Positions 27,048 to 37,366 of a DNA stretch of 64,000 bases are shown piece by piece. Every line of letters starts with the position of its first letter. The stretch's first letter is position 1. The position numbers and the translations under genes were made by a program. Source of the DNA: an uncultured Gemmataceae bacterium (lineage in GTDB: Bacteria; Planctomycetota; Planctomycetia; Gemmatales; Gemmataceae). The notes under the pieces are model-generated. The model did no database searches and was not told where the DNA came from. It saw only the letters and a list, made by a program, of their open reading frames with translations. The stretch covers positions 2,880,001-2,944,000 of the forward strand of contig CAVVPN010000003.1 in assembly GCA_963750165.1 (NCBI GenBank), read 5' to 3'.

Positions 27048-30000
27048 AGCGTTCACCCCACGCACGTGGGGAGCAGGAAACCATGTCCGAAAATGTCACC
27101 CCTGGCGCCCGGTTCACCCCCACGCACGTGGGGAGCAGGGCACCGCCTTCGCCAGCGCCTGGTAGGCTTCCGGTTCACCCCCACGCACGTGGGGAGCAGA
27201 ACCAAGGTCACTCACTACTAACGACATAACGCGGTTCACCCCCACGCACGTGGGGAGCAGTCGGCAACAAAGCTGTCGAGCCGGTTGCGGTACGGTTCAC
27301 CCCCACGCACGTGGGAGCAGTCTGCAAGCTTGCGACGCGCTTCTCTGCTGCTCGGTTCACCCCCACGCACGTGGGGAGCAGCCGGCGCTGGAGTGAATTA
27401 TGAAACCGACCGACGGTTCACCCCCACGCACGTGGGGAGCAGCCTGCTGGTCCGCGACCCGGGCCGGCCGCTGTACGGTTCACCCCCACGCACGTGGGGA
27501 GCAGGCTCCCCAGCGAATGCCCCGGCCGCCGCATGACGGTTCACCCCCACGCACGTGGGGAGCAGGAACGACCCGCACGCCAGGGCGAACGCCTTATACG
27601 GTTCACCCCCACGCACGTGGGGAGCAGTGCCGCTGGTAGCCATTCAGGTACGACGTGCCCGGTTCACCCCCACGCACGTGGGGAGCAGGGCCTGGTCACT
27701 CCGGTCACTGCCGCCCTGCTCCGGTTCACCCCCACGCACGTGGGGAGCAGCGGCCACGGCCTGGCCAACGGCAGCGCCGTGTACGGTTCACCCCCACGCA
27801 CGTGGGGAGCAGGAGCAGTTCGAGCTTGCGGTTCATGCCGCACCCCCGGTTCACCCCCACGCACGTGGGGAGCAGTGGAGTTGTTTGAGATCAGGCATGG
27901 GCGTGGCCGGTTCACCCCCACGCACGTGGGGAGCAGGATTGGTGAGGGATTATGCTGGCCGGGCCGTTTCGGTTCACCCCCACGCACGTGGGGAGCAGAC
28001 GCGACGGGTGTGTACGACCGCCGCGTCTGTCGGTTCACCCCCACGCACGTGGGGAGCAGATCGCTCACCGCCAATGCTTATAACCCTTGCCCGGTTCACC
28101 CCCACGCACGTGGGGAGCAGGAGTTGGCTATCAAGCCAGTTGTCGGTTATGCCGGTTCACCCCCACGCACGTGGGGAGCAGGCCGTTTTGCTCGGCGCTA
28201 TTTGCGTGATTGACGGTTCACCCCCACGCACGTGGGGAGCAGCTGGCCGGCGCCATCAAGCTGAGCGTCAACGTCGGTTCACCCCCACGCTCGTGGGGAG
28301 CAGGAAATTGTCCACGTACTCGCGGCCCAGGAAGACGGTTCACCCCCACGCTCGTGGGGAGCAGTGTCGCGTTGCCGCCCGCCTCCGCTACGCGGTCGGT
28401 TCACCCCCACGCTCGTGGGGAGCAGCGGGGAGCCCCCGGGAGGTAGGGCCGTTACGCCGGTTCACCCCCACGCTCGTGGGGAGCAGCCCATGATGTGACT
28501 CCCTCTTGCGTCAATTGCCGGTTCACCCCCACGCTCGTGGGGAGCAGTCGCACCGGAATCCACCTCATAGCCCATTCTCCGGTTCACCCCCACGCTCGTG
28601 GGGAGCAGCTCTAGCTCCGGCTCGTTCAGCCGCACGCTCACGGTTCACCCCCACGCTCGTGGGGAGCAGGAATGAGGTCACTCCTCGGTAGTCGCCTGCA
28701 GTGGTTCACCCCCACGCTCGTGGGGAGCAGGTCGGCGACCGGCTCAGACATGGGCAATGGCTCCGGTTCACCCCCACGCTCGTGGGGAGCAGATCCCGGA
28801 GATGGACGCGTCGGGCGTCGGGGACGGTTCACCCCCACGCTCGTGGGGAGCAGTGCTTCACCTCGCCGACGGCAACGTTGCCCTGCGGTTCACCCCCACG
28901 CTCGTGGGGAGCAGGGCTATGCCAGCGCCGCCAGCGCCGGCTTTGGCGGTTCACCCCCACGCTCGTGGGGAGCAGCTCGTCGTCGTCGGTGTCTGGCCGC
29001 GACAGTTCCGGTTCACCCCCACGCTCGTGGGGAGCAGAAGCCGGCGCACACTCCAGGTTGCACAGGAAACGGTTCACCCCCACGCTCGTGGGGAGCAGGC
29101 CGCACGCCGCTCTGCGTGAATCCCGATCACCGGTTCACCCCCACGCTCGTGGGGAGCAGTGGAGCAGGCCGGCTGCCAGGTGCTGCGGGCACCGGTTCAC
29201 CCCCACGCTCGTGGGGAGCAGGGCAGCAACCCGCCCAACGCCAGCCCGCCCAATCGGTTCACCCCCACGCTCGTGGGGAGCAGGAGCGCGGCGTTGGTGC
29301 GGCCCTGCAGGTACGCGGTTCACCCCCACGCTCGTGGGGAGCAGAGCCAGTGATGACGCCGACGACAGCGCCGAGCACGGTTCACCCCCACGCTCGTGGG
29401 GAGCAGCCGAAGCCGTCCCCGCTCGACTTCGCCGCCGCCGGTTCACCCCCACGCTCGTGGGGAGCAGGCAGTACCGGATGAAGGGTCACGCCGAGGCGGA
29501 CGGTTCACCCCCACGCTCGTGGGGAGCAGGTACGAGCCGCGTTCACGGTCGCCGTGGTCAACCGGTTCACCCCCACGCTCGTGGGGAGCAGAGCGGCCCG
29601 GGATTGAAACCGGCCACGAACAGCGGTTCACCCCCACGCTCGTGGGGAGCAGGACCGCAGGCCCATCAACGTGTACTGAGCCGGCGGTTCACCCCCACGC
29701 TCGTGGGGAGCAGCAGGCACAAGGCAAGCAAATCGCCCAACGTCTCGGTTCACCCCCACGCTCGTGGGGAGCAGTCGGTCTCGGCCACCCAGTTGGGCCC
29801 GTACATCGGTTCACCCCCACGCTCGTGGGGAGCAGGCTCCCGTCCGGCACCAGGAAGCCGGGTGTCGGCGGTTCACCCCCACGCTCGTGGGGAGCAGGCT
29901 ATCGTATGCCAGCGTGCTGCCGCAGCTGACCGGTTCACCCCCACGCTCGTGGGGAGCAGGTAGGTGCTTCGCGGCACACTCACCCCGTTCTCGGTTCACC

Positions 30001-32964
30001 CCCACGCTCGTGGGGAGCAGGACCGGCGTGTGCTACGCCGGCATCTGGTGGACGGTTCACCCCCACGCTCGTGGGGAGCAGCACGGGTATGCCCGGGACT
30101 ACAACACACATTACGGTTCACCCCCACGCTCGTGGGGAGCAGGCGGCCTGGATGATGACGGAGCAGAATGCCGACGGTTCACCCCCACGCTCGTGGGGAG
30201 CAGGCAGAAGGTGGATTTTCCCACTCCCTTGTCACCGGTTCACCCCCACGCTCGTGGGGAGCAGGCCCCGTAGCCTCACAATCCGGCTGACCCGTTCGGT
30301 TCACCCCCACGCTCGTGGGGAGCAGGTCATGATCGGGGCCCCTGGGGTATCCTGATGCGGTTCACCCCCACGCTCGTGGGGAGCAGGCTCGCGGCGACCC
30401 TCAACGCATTTAAGGGAAAGGTTCACCCCCACGCTCGTGGGGAGCAGTTAAATTTCAGGTAGTGGCTTGGCCATACACTTCGGTTCACCCCCACGCTCGT
30501 GGGGAGCAGGGGCGTTACCGCTGCCGCTGCCCCAGCGCCTGCGGTTCACCCCCACGCTCGTGGGGAGCAGCGCCGGGCGGCGTAAGCGGCCGCGCCGGCG
30601 TCCGGTTCACCCCCACGCTCGTGGGGAGCAGATCATTGGCAGCCCACTTTCTTCGAGGTAGTCCGGTTCACCCCCACGCTCGTGGGGAGCAGTTGGTCAC
30701 CACGACGCGGGCGCCAGCCGGGAACGGTTCACCCCCACGCTCGTGGGGAGCAGCTGCTTGTTGCAGGTTCCGGCCCCGGCCACGACGGTTCACCCCCACG
30801 CTCGTGGGGAGCAGTGGGAGGTGTACTGCCGGCAGCGCTGGCAGTTCGGTTCACCCCCACGCTCGTGGGGAGCAGCGGCCTGAAGGGCGGGAATGGTATC
30901 TTCCACCCGGTTCACCCCCACGCTCGTGGGGAGCAGCCGAACGCTAGCGCACGCAAGCAAAGCTACGCCGGTTCACCCCCACGCTCGTGGGGAGCAGAAG
31001 TAGCTAACCCGCACCGACATGAGGCACCTCGGTTCACCCCCACGCTCGTGGGGAGCAGGACCAGGCTGCCGCAAATCATCAGGCGATGGCCGGTTCACCC
31101 CCACGCTCGTGGGGAGCAGGTCTGGAAGGTGGTGGTGGTGGACACCACCAACGGTTCACCCCCACGCTCGTGGGGAGCAGGAAAATCACAAGGTCGGCTC
31201 AGGGCTGTCTGGCGGTTCACCCCCACGCTCGTGGGGAGCAGTTCAGAACCGAGAGAAAATCGCTAGTACACTCCGGTTCACCCCCACGCTCGTGGGGAGC
31301 AGGAACGGAAACATCCTGAATGAAGACGTTCCCGCCGGTTCACCCCCACGCTCGTGGGGAGCAGTTCCTCCTCGCCGGCCATCCACACCACCGCGCCGGT
31401 TCACCCCCACGCTCGTGGGGAGCAGGACCAAAGCGCTGCAAATCATCAGGCGATGGCCGGTTCACCCCCACGCTCGTGGGGAGCAGGACCAAAGCGCTGC
31501 AAATCATCAGGCGATGGCCGGTTCACCCCCACGCTCGTGGGGAGCAGTCCCGTCGATGCCATGCACCCGGCTGATCCGCACGGTTCACCCCCACGCTCGT
31601 GGGGAGCAGCACTGGCCTACCGCATCGGCAGTCGGGCCGAGCGGTTCACCCCCACGCTCGTGGGGAGCAGCGATCCTGACGGTGCTCCAGGTTGACCGTG
31701 ATCGGTTCACCCCCACGCTCGTGGGGAGCAGGCCGGCCAACGTCCGTGTTCACGACAATTCCTCCGGTTCACCCCCACGCTCGTGGGGAGCAGGCAGCTG
31801 ACCTGCGCCACCGCGGGCGCCACCTCCGGTTCACCCCCACGCTCGTGGGGAGCAGTCGGCCCCGCGCCTGTTCCGCGCCGCCTCCTCCGGTTCACCCCCA
31901 CGCTCGTGGGGAGCAGGTCGCGGTCATCCTGAAAATGGAGGCGTCCACCGGTTCACCCCCACGCTCGTGGGGAGCAGGGCCGTGGGGGAACCCTTGATGC
32001 GGTTCTTGTCGGTTCACCCCCACGCTCGTGGGGAGCAGGTCGCCCTTGTGCGGAATGATGTGGTCCACCACGGTTCACCCCCACGCTCGTGGGGAGCAGT
32101 TATTTCACGGGCTCGCTGACGGCATTGCTGTACGGTTCACCCCCACGCTCGTGGGGAGCAGGTGGCGACGCTGTTTGGCCTTTGCTGCATCTTCGGTTCA
32201 CCCCCACGCTCGTGGGGAGCAGGCTTCCACCACGCCCGGATCGTGGCCGCTAGCGGTTCACCCCCACGCTCGTGGGGAGCAGATTCAATATCGTTGAGCA
32301 AACCACCCAATCGGCGGTTCACCCCCACGCTCGTGGGGAGCAGGTCCGTGGCGGCCTCCTGGGCCGGGCTCAGCTTCGGTTCACCCCCACGCTCGTGGGG
32401 AGCAGGTACGCGGACTGACCGCCCTCTGGTTCTCACTTCGGTTCACCCCCACGCTCGTGGGGAGCAGCAACCCTTCGACTTCGGCCGGTGCGGCGGAGAG
32501 GGTTCACCCCCACGCTCGTGGGGAGCAGGCTGGTGCTGCCCGCCGGGTCGGAGCCGGGGCCGGTTCACCCCCACGCTCGTGGGGAGCAGGTGCTGGACGG
32601 CACTCAAGCCGATGCCCCCACCGGTTCACCCCCACGCTCGTGGGGAGCAGGCAGACGCTCGGCACCGCCGGGGACATTGGCCTCGGTTCACCCCCACGCT
32701 CGTGGGGAGCAGTTACAATTAGAGTGTCCGGTGGGTGATGTGACGGTTCACCCCCACGCTCGTGGGGAGCAGGAAAATCTCAGCCGTGCCCACCGGCAGC
32801 CCGTCGGTTCACCCCCACGCTCGTGGGGAGCAGGGCCTTGTGCCAGTTGCGTTCGTCGTCCCAGGCGGTTCACCCCCACGCTCGTGGGGAGCAGGTAGGC
32901 GTCGTCCTCAAGGTCGGCGCGCACTCGCTGCGTGCCGGTTCACCCCCACGCTCGTGGGGAGCAG
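27048..32964 (-). CRISPR. Type I-E CRISPR array, 97 repeats / 96 spacers (manual count)
   Basis: 29-bp repeat, minus strand CTGCTCCCCACG(A/T)GCGTGGGGGTGAACCG, period about 61 bp; degenerate trailer repeat on the left. Confidence 0.99.
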
Positions 32965-33059
32965 GCTAACCGAATGTCCACTGCATTCGAGCGATCCTAA
33001 CTGAAAAAGCGATCAGATAGTGAACGGTTGAATGCTAACAGAACTTGTCGTCGCAGCGA
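32965..33059 (-). promoter_or_regulatory. CRISPR leader
   Basis: AT-richer gap between cas2 and the first repeat. Confidence 0.75.
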
Positions 33060-33386
33060 TCACCCATCCTTGGGACGTTGACGCGCTGCCGCCTTGCGGT
33101 TCTTCCTGGTCGATTTCTCAATGGTCACCAGGGCCAGCCCCTCGAAGTCTTGCAGCATCCGGTTACTTCGGCCAGCCTGACGGAATGTCCATCCTTGGGG
33201 GGTGCGGCTGCTCCATAGTTGCAGCACAAAGCCCGGTACCGGCCGCGCCGTGATTTGTTGCCACAGCTCATCCCGCACCCTCGGGCTGGGGTGGCCCAGA
33301 TAGGTCCCCGGGCGGATTTCGATCAGCCAACGACTCAGCGCGCCCTTCCATTTCGGCGGCATTTTCTCCAGAATCATGATTAACAC
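33060..33386 (-). CDS. cas2: Type I-E Cas2
   Basis: GALSRWLIEIRPGTYLG, RVRDELW, DFEGLALV. Confidence 0.92.
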   Translation of the reverse strand: MLIMILEKMPPKWKGALSRWLIEIRPGTYLGHPSPRVRDELWQQITARPVPGFVLQLWSSRTPQGWTFRQAGRSNRMLQDFEGLALVTIEKSTRKNRKAAARQRPKDG

Positions 33387-34197
33387 CGAGCACCTCCGCA
33401 ATGTCGGGAAGGAGACGTTCCATCAGCTTAGCCGCGTGAAACGCCTTGCGGCACTCCTGGCGGATGGCCCGCTCCAGGCCCTCCGTGGTCGTCGCCGCCA
33501 ACCGGAACGCCACGGGGATCGTCACCTCGACCTTGTAAAAGTCTGCCACGTCGTACACGAATGACAGCATCTTGCCTGTGTGAATGAATCCGAGAGCCGC
33601 CGAGTAGCCGGCCGCCACAATGGCGGCGTGGCAGACGCCGTACAGGCAGGCATTGGCGGCGGACAACGCCCGGTTGGCGGGCGTGGCCCGATACCAGTCC
33701 TCTTGGCTGTAATCGCGGCCCGTCCAGGTGATGCCGAACTGCGCCGCGGCCTGCTGGTACGCCTGGCGGACCCGGGCGCCCTCCAGACCGCGGATCTGTT
33801 CGATGGACATGCTTCCCAGTTCGGTGCCGGGGAAGCGCCGCCGGTACATGCGGTGGACGACCTCCATGCGGAGTTTGTCATCGACCACCAACCGGGCCTG
33901 GTGCAGCAGGCGCCGCGAACTGAACGTGCCGCCGGTCGAGTGGGCGTATAGGCGGACGCCATCCTCGCCGACCCAGGCGGCCAGGCAGTTGTTGGCGGCC
34001 AGCGCCTTGACGGCGGCGTGCGTGACGCTGATGCCGGGGCCGAGCATGACCAGGCTGATCTGGTCGATGGGCACCAGGGTGTCGTTCTGTTGCTGGTGCA
34101 AGACCAGGCCGCTGTCTTCCTGATCGAGGACACCGCGTTCGAGGTAGAGGTAGCTCCAACGGTCCTCGAACCGGGGCAGGGAGTGTAGCGTTTTCAT
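33268..34197 (-). CDS. cas1: Type I-E Cas1
   Basis: DRWSYLYLERG, LGPGISVTHAA, RGLEGARVR, LGFIHTG..SFVYDVAD. Confidence 0.97.
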   Translation of the reverse strand: MKTLHSLPRFEDRWSYLYLERGVLDQEDSGLVLHQQQNDTLVPIDQISLVMLGPGISVTHAAVKALAANNCLAAWVGEDGVRLYAHSTGGTFSSRRLLHQARLVVDDKLRMEVVHRMYRRRFPGTELGSMSIEQIRGLEGARVRQAYQQAAAQFGITWTGRDYSQEDWYRATPANRALSAANACLYGVCHAAIVAAGYSAALGFIHTGKMLSFVYDVADFYKVEVTIPVAFRLAATTTEGLERAIRQECRKAFHAAKLMERLLPDIAEVLGVNHDSGENAAEMEGRAESLADRNPPGDLSGPPQPEGAG

Positions 34198-34892
34198 GAG
34201 GTAGTCCTCGCCGGCGCGATGGACAGGAGCCCGAAGCCGAACCCTTTGGCGCTGCCGATGCCGTTTTGCAGGGTGAGGAGAAATCGGCCGGGGTCGGTGA
34301 CTTCCAGCATGCCCTCAAAGCGGACGGCGTGGAAGCGGCCGGCGGTGTGCCCGTCCTTGCCGCACCGGACCCAGCCCTCGGGCATCACATCGCAGCGAAA
34401 GTTCGGCGCTTTCCCGCCGTCCCCATCTTGCAGCCATTCGCCGGGGATGCGGAATCCGCCCTGTTCGGCTTTTTCCAGCAGCCAGGCCACCTGCTCGTCT
34501 TCGCGAAGCAATGCCAGCCGTTGGCCGTTGCCCTTTTTGCCGGCCAGGCGATCTTCCTTGGAAACGCTGCCGACTTTCTTGGTCGGGTTGGCCCGCAGCC
34601 GGAAGCACAGGCGCTGGCCCGGCGCGAAGGCCAGATCGCACCGCTTGGACTCGGCCGGCCCAAGGAGGTAGCACCTGGGCAGGCCGGACCAGTCGGGATT
34701 GTCGCGGGTTTGCACGAGAACGACGGGCTGCCCTGACCGCGACGGCTCGACGCGGAACAGCAAGTCGCAGCGATCATCGACGCGCGGGTAGGGGTAGGCG
34801 TTCATTAGGGTGCGGTGCATTTCGTAGGACTGGGCCAGGTCGCAGCGCGCCTGGCGGTCACGAGGGTTGAGAACCAGTTTGCTGAGGAACAC
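34194..34892 (-). CDS. cas6e: Cas6e (Cse3/CasE)
   Basis: YEMHRTL, FRLRANPT, GIGSAKGFGFGLL. Confidence 0.95.
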   Translation of the reverse strand: MFLSKLVLNPRDRQARCDLAQSYEMHRTLMNAYPYPRVDDRCDLLFRVEPSRSGQPVVLVQTRDNPDWSGLPRCYLLGPAESKRCDLAFAPGQRLCFRLRANPTKKVGSVSKEDRLAGKKGNGQRLALLREDEQVAWLLEKAEQGGFRIPGEWLQDGDGGKAPNFRCDVMPEGWVRCGKDGHTAGRFHAVRFEGMLEVTDPGRFLLTLQNGIGSAKGFGFGLLSIAPARTTS

Positions 34893-35580
34893 GAGGGGAC
34901 TCCGGAATTGGTTCGAGGATCGGGATTGGGAGAATCGAAAATGTACAGTTCTGCACGTGCCGGATGCCGAAGCGGCGGTCGCGGCTGACGAATGACATCG
35001 GCACATCCGGCCGCGGCTCGCCGGTGCCGTAAGACACTTCCCGCACCCCGCGAAGAGTCTCGCCGGAAGGCTTGTCTCCGGGGTGCCGCTTCCGCCAGCC
35101 GTGGTTTGCCAGCACCGCCATCAACTCGCTTTCGCTCACCCCTTCGGGTGCGGCAACAGGGAGGGACGGTACGAACGCCTTGCGGCCAAGGAACAGCGGC
35201 CAGACCGGATGGCGGAGGGCGTCGTCCAGCCGCTTCAGGAAAGCGTGTTCACCCTCAAGGCCGACCAGGAAATCGGCGTCGGCGAGGTAAAACCGCTCGC
35301 TCAGCACGGTGTCCTGCGTAGCCTTGGTCGGGTCGGCGCGGCGGACATTCTGGGCGGTGTGGTAGTCGCGCATCAGCCGACCCTCACGGTCCACGCGGAC
35401 GGCCATCGTGAGCGGCACAAAGTCGTCCAGCGACTGTTCGCGCGGCCGGCCCAGCGCGGCGCACAACAGGCCGATGACGCCGGAGCGGGACGGCTCCAGC
35501 CCGGTGTCGCGGTTGCTGAACCGGCTGCGGGTGCCCCAGCTCTGCATCGGGCCAGCCAGGCGCATCAGCAGCACGCTCAT
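34858..35580 (-). CDS. cas5e: Cas5e (CasD)
   Basis: LAGPMQSWG, PSRSGVIGLLCAALG, DYHT, YLADADF, LGRK. Confidence 0.96.
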   Translation of the reverse strand: MSVLLMRLAGPMQSWGTRSRFSNRDTGLEPSRSGVIGLLCAALGRPREQSLDDFVPLTMAVRVDREGRLMRDYHTAQNVRRADPTKATQDTVLSERFYLADADFLVGLEGEHAFLKRLDDALRHPVWPLFLGRKAFVPSLPVAAPEGVSESELMAVLANHGWRKRHPGDKPSGETLRGVREVSYGTGEPRPDVPMSFVSRDRRFGIRHVQNCTFSILPIPILEPIPESPRVPQQTGSQPS

Positions 35581-36809
35581 GTCGCCCCCTTTCCGTCGAA
35601 GGCGGCCTTGGTGACCGCCGCGATCAGCGCCTCCACCGAGCCGACAGGGTCTTTCAAGTGTTGGAGGGTGAGGCGCTCCATTTGGCAAACGGCCGACGCC
35701 TTCCGGCCGCCGTCGCCGTACATGCCGACGAGCCGGCCGTAATAGTCGTCCAGCGCCTCAATTGACTTTCCGACCAGGCTTTCTTCGCCGCGTGGAGTGA
35801 TCGGTTTGACGAACGCATTGGCCAGCGACACCGGTGACCCATCGCGGACGATGGCGAAAACGAGCGACGGGCTGTTGTGGGCGGCAAAGCTGTTCTGTTT
35901 GCCGGTGGGGATGGCGTGGATGAACGCCTTGAGGAATGCGGAAGTAGTGGTCCTGGCAAGTTCGGAGTCTCCTTGCAGGCCGAACGACCGCGACTTTTTC
36001 TCATCCCTGTAGCCGCCGACCAACTCGGCGACATCCAGGGTGGCGTAGCGGTAGAAGCAAGCGGAGTTGAACTCGACCGTGCCAATCATGTCGGCTCCGG
36101 CCGTATCCTCCGGCTTGAGGTCATCCACGGCGGTGTAGTAGTCCATCTCCATCGTGTGGATCTTGTTGGTAGAGATTGCGTGGGCGACCTGGCAGGTGGC
36201 ATCGACGTTTCGCTCAGGCAGATCGGCAAGCATCCGGCCGAAGAGGGCCAGGTCGGCTGCCTTGCCGCCATCGAGAAGTTTCTCCACGGCTTTCGTGAAA
36301 CCTTCCGGAGCTTTTGGGCCATCATCGGTCGCCTTCGATTTGCCCCGTCCACGGGCGGCCGGTTTTTCGGCGGTTGCCGGCTTGGGATCAATTTTTGGTT
36401 CGGCAGAGAAGGCGTCCCAGTGTTGATTCACGACATCCGCGAACCGGGTGATTTCGCTATCCCCGAGGAAAAGAAGGTACGGCGTTTTGTGTTCGTCCTT
36501 GTCCTCCGACTTTGGCAGAAACGCCGACACGGCATTCTTGGCCGCCCGCAAAGCGGAGCCTTCATCACGGCCTTGTTTCTGCAAGAGTTTCGACACGGCC
36601 TCGGCCAGCCGTTTGGTGCGTTCGGCGCGGTTCGCGGCCGGGATCAGGTCGTGGTCCTTGAAATAGTTCCGGACAGCCCGCTTTTGACACTGGCTGGAGA
36701 TGCGGGCGCGACGGTGGCCGCCGAAGTCGGCATCCTTTGGGCTACCGGTGTCGTCGCGGTTCAGGTTCGAAGGGGCGAAGTTTTGCAAAACATGGATCTC
36801 GATGCGCAT
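35577..36809 (-). CDS. cas7e: Cas7e (Cse4/CasC)
   Basis: SNLNRDDTGSPK, RISSQCQKRA, ALFGRMLA, DYYTAVDD, PTGKQNSFA. Confidence 0.97.
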   Translation of the reverse strand: MRIEIHVLQNFAPSNLNRDDTGSPKDADFGGHRRARISSQCQKRAVRNYFKDHDLIPAANRAERTKRLAEAVSKLLQKQGRDEGSALRAAKNAVSAFLPKSEDKDEHKTPYLLFLGDSEITRFADVVNQHWDAFSAEPKIDPKPATAEKPAARGRGKSKATDDGPKAPEGFTKAVEKLLDGGKAADLALFGRMLADLPERNVDATCQVAHAISTNKIHTMEMDYYTAVDDLKPEDTAGADMIGTVEFNSACFYRYATLDVAELVGGYRDEKKSRSFGLQGDSELARTTTSAFLKAFIHAIPTGKQNSFAAHNSPSLVFAIVRDGSPVSLANAFVKPITPRGEESLVGKSIEALDDYYGRLVGMYGDGGRKASAVCQMERLTLQHLKDPVGSVEALIAAVTKAAFDGKGAT

Positions 36810-36832
36810 GGGGACTCCAGTGGGGTAAGGGA

Positions 36833-37366
36833 TTATTCGGAAACGGGTTGCTCCTGGTTTGCTTTTGCCTCTGCTTCAGGGGCGTTCCAGAAGCCGCGAG
36901 CCCATTCCTTCTGGACCCAACGGTCGGCGTGATTCCAGTTGCCAAGGTGTTGAATGAGCAACCGCCAGTCGAGGCCGATGCTATCTCGGGCAATCAAGGT
37001 GGTGGCTTGGCGGAGCTTGTAAGACAGTTCCTCGCCGTCCGTGTCGAGCAGGTCGATAAAGCGCTTCTCCCGTTGCTGCCTTTCCTCCAGGGTCAGTCCA
37101 GCCCCGAATGCCGCGCCAAAGTTCACCTGTTCGGTTTGGCGACAGTCGCCCTTCACCCAGGCGAATAGCCCAGCGGCGAGGACGGAATCGTCGAGCGCGA
37201 AATCTGGCACTCGGCGAAACAGCCAACCGACACGGCCGAGGGTGTAGTCCAGGGGCCGTTCGAGTCCACGGCGGAGGTGGGCCAACGCGGCCCGGTTCGG
37301 GTTGTCTGGGTTGGCAAGTTCGGTCAAATCATTGACCAACTCGATGTCCCACTTTGGAGCGCTCAT
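36833..37366 (-). CDS. casB: Cse2 (Cas11/CasB)
   Basis: ALAHLRRG, EKRFIDLL, LDW..L, WARGF; position in the operon. Confidence 0.9.
   Translation of the reverse strand: MSAPKWDIELVNDLTELANPDNPNRAALAHLRRGLERPLDYTLGRVGWLFRRVPDFALDDSVLAAGLFAWVKGDCRQTEQVNFGAAFGAGLTLEERQQREKRFIDLLDTDGEELSYKLRQATTLIARDSIGLDWRLLIQHLGNWNHADRWVQKEWARGFWNAPEAEAKANQEQPVSE

Noticed and set aside
27048..32964. Main-array spacers targeting this window
   Set aside because: None found by eye, but the check was not exhaustive and needs an alignment.
26924..33004. Many ORFs with repeated FTPTLVGS / VHPHARGEQ peptides
   Set aside because: Translations of CRISPR repeats.
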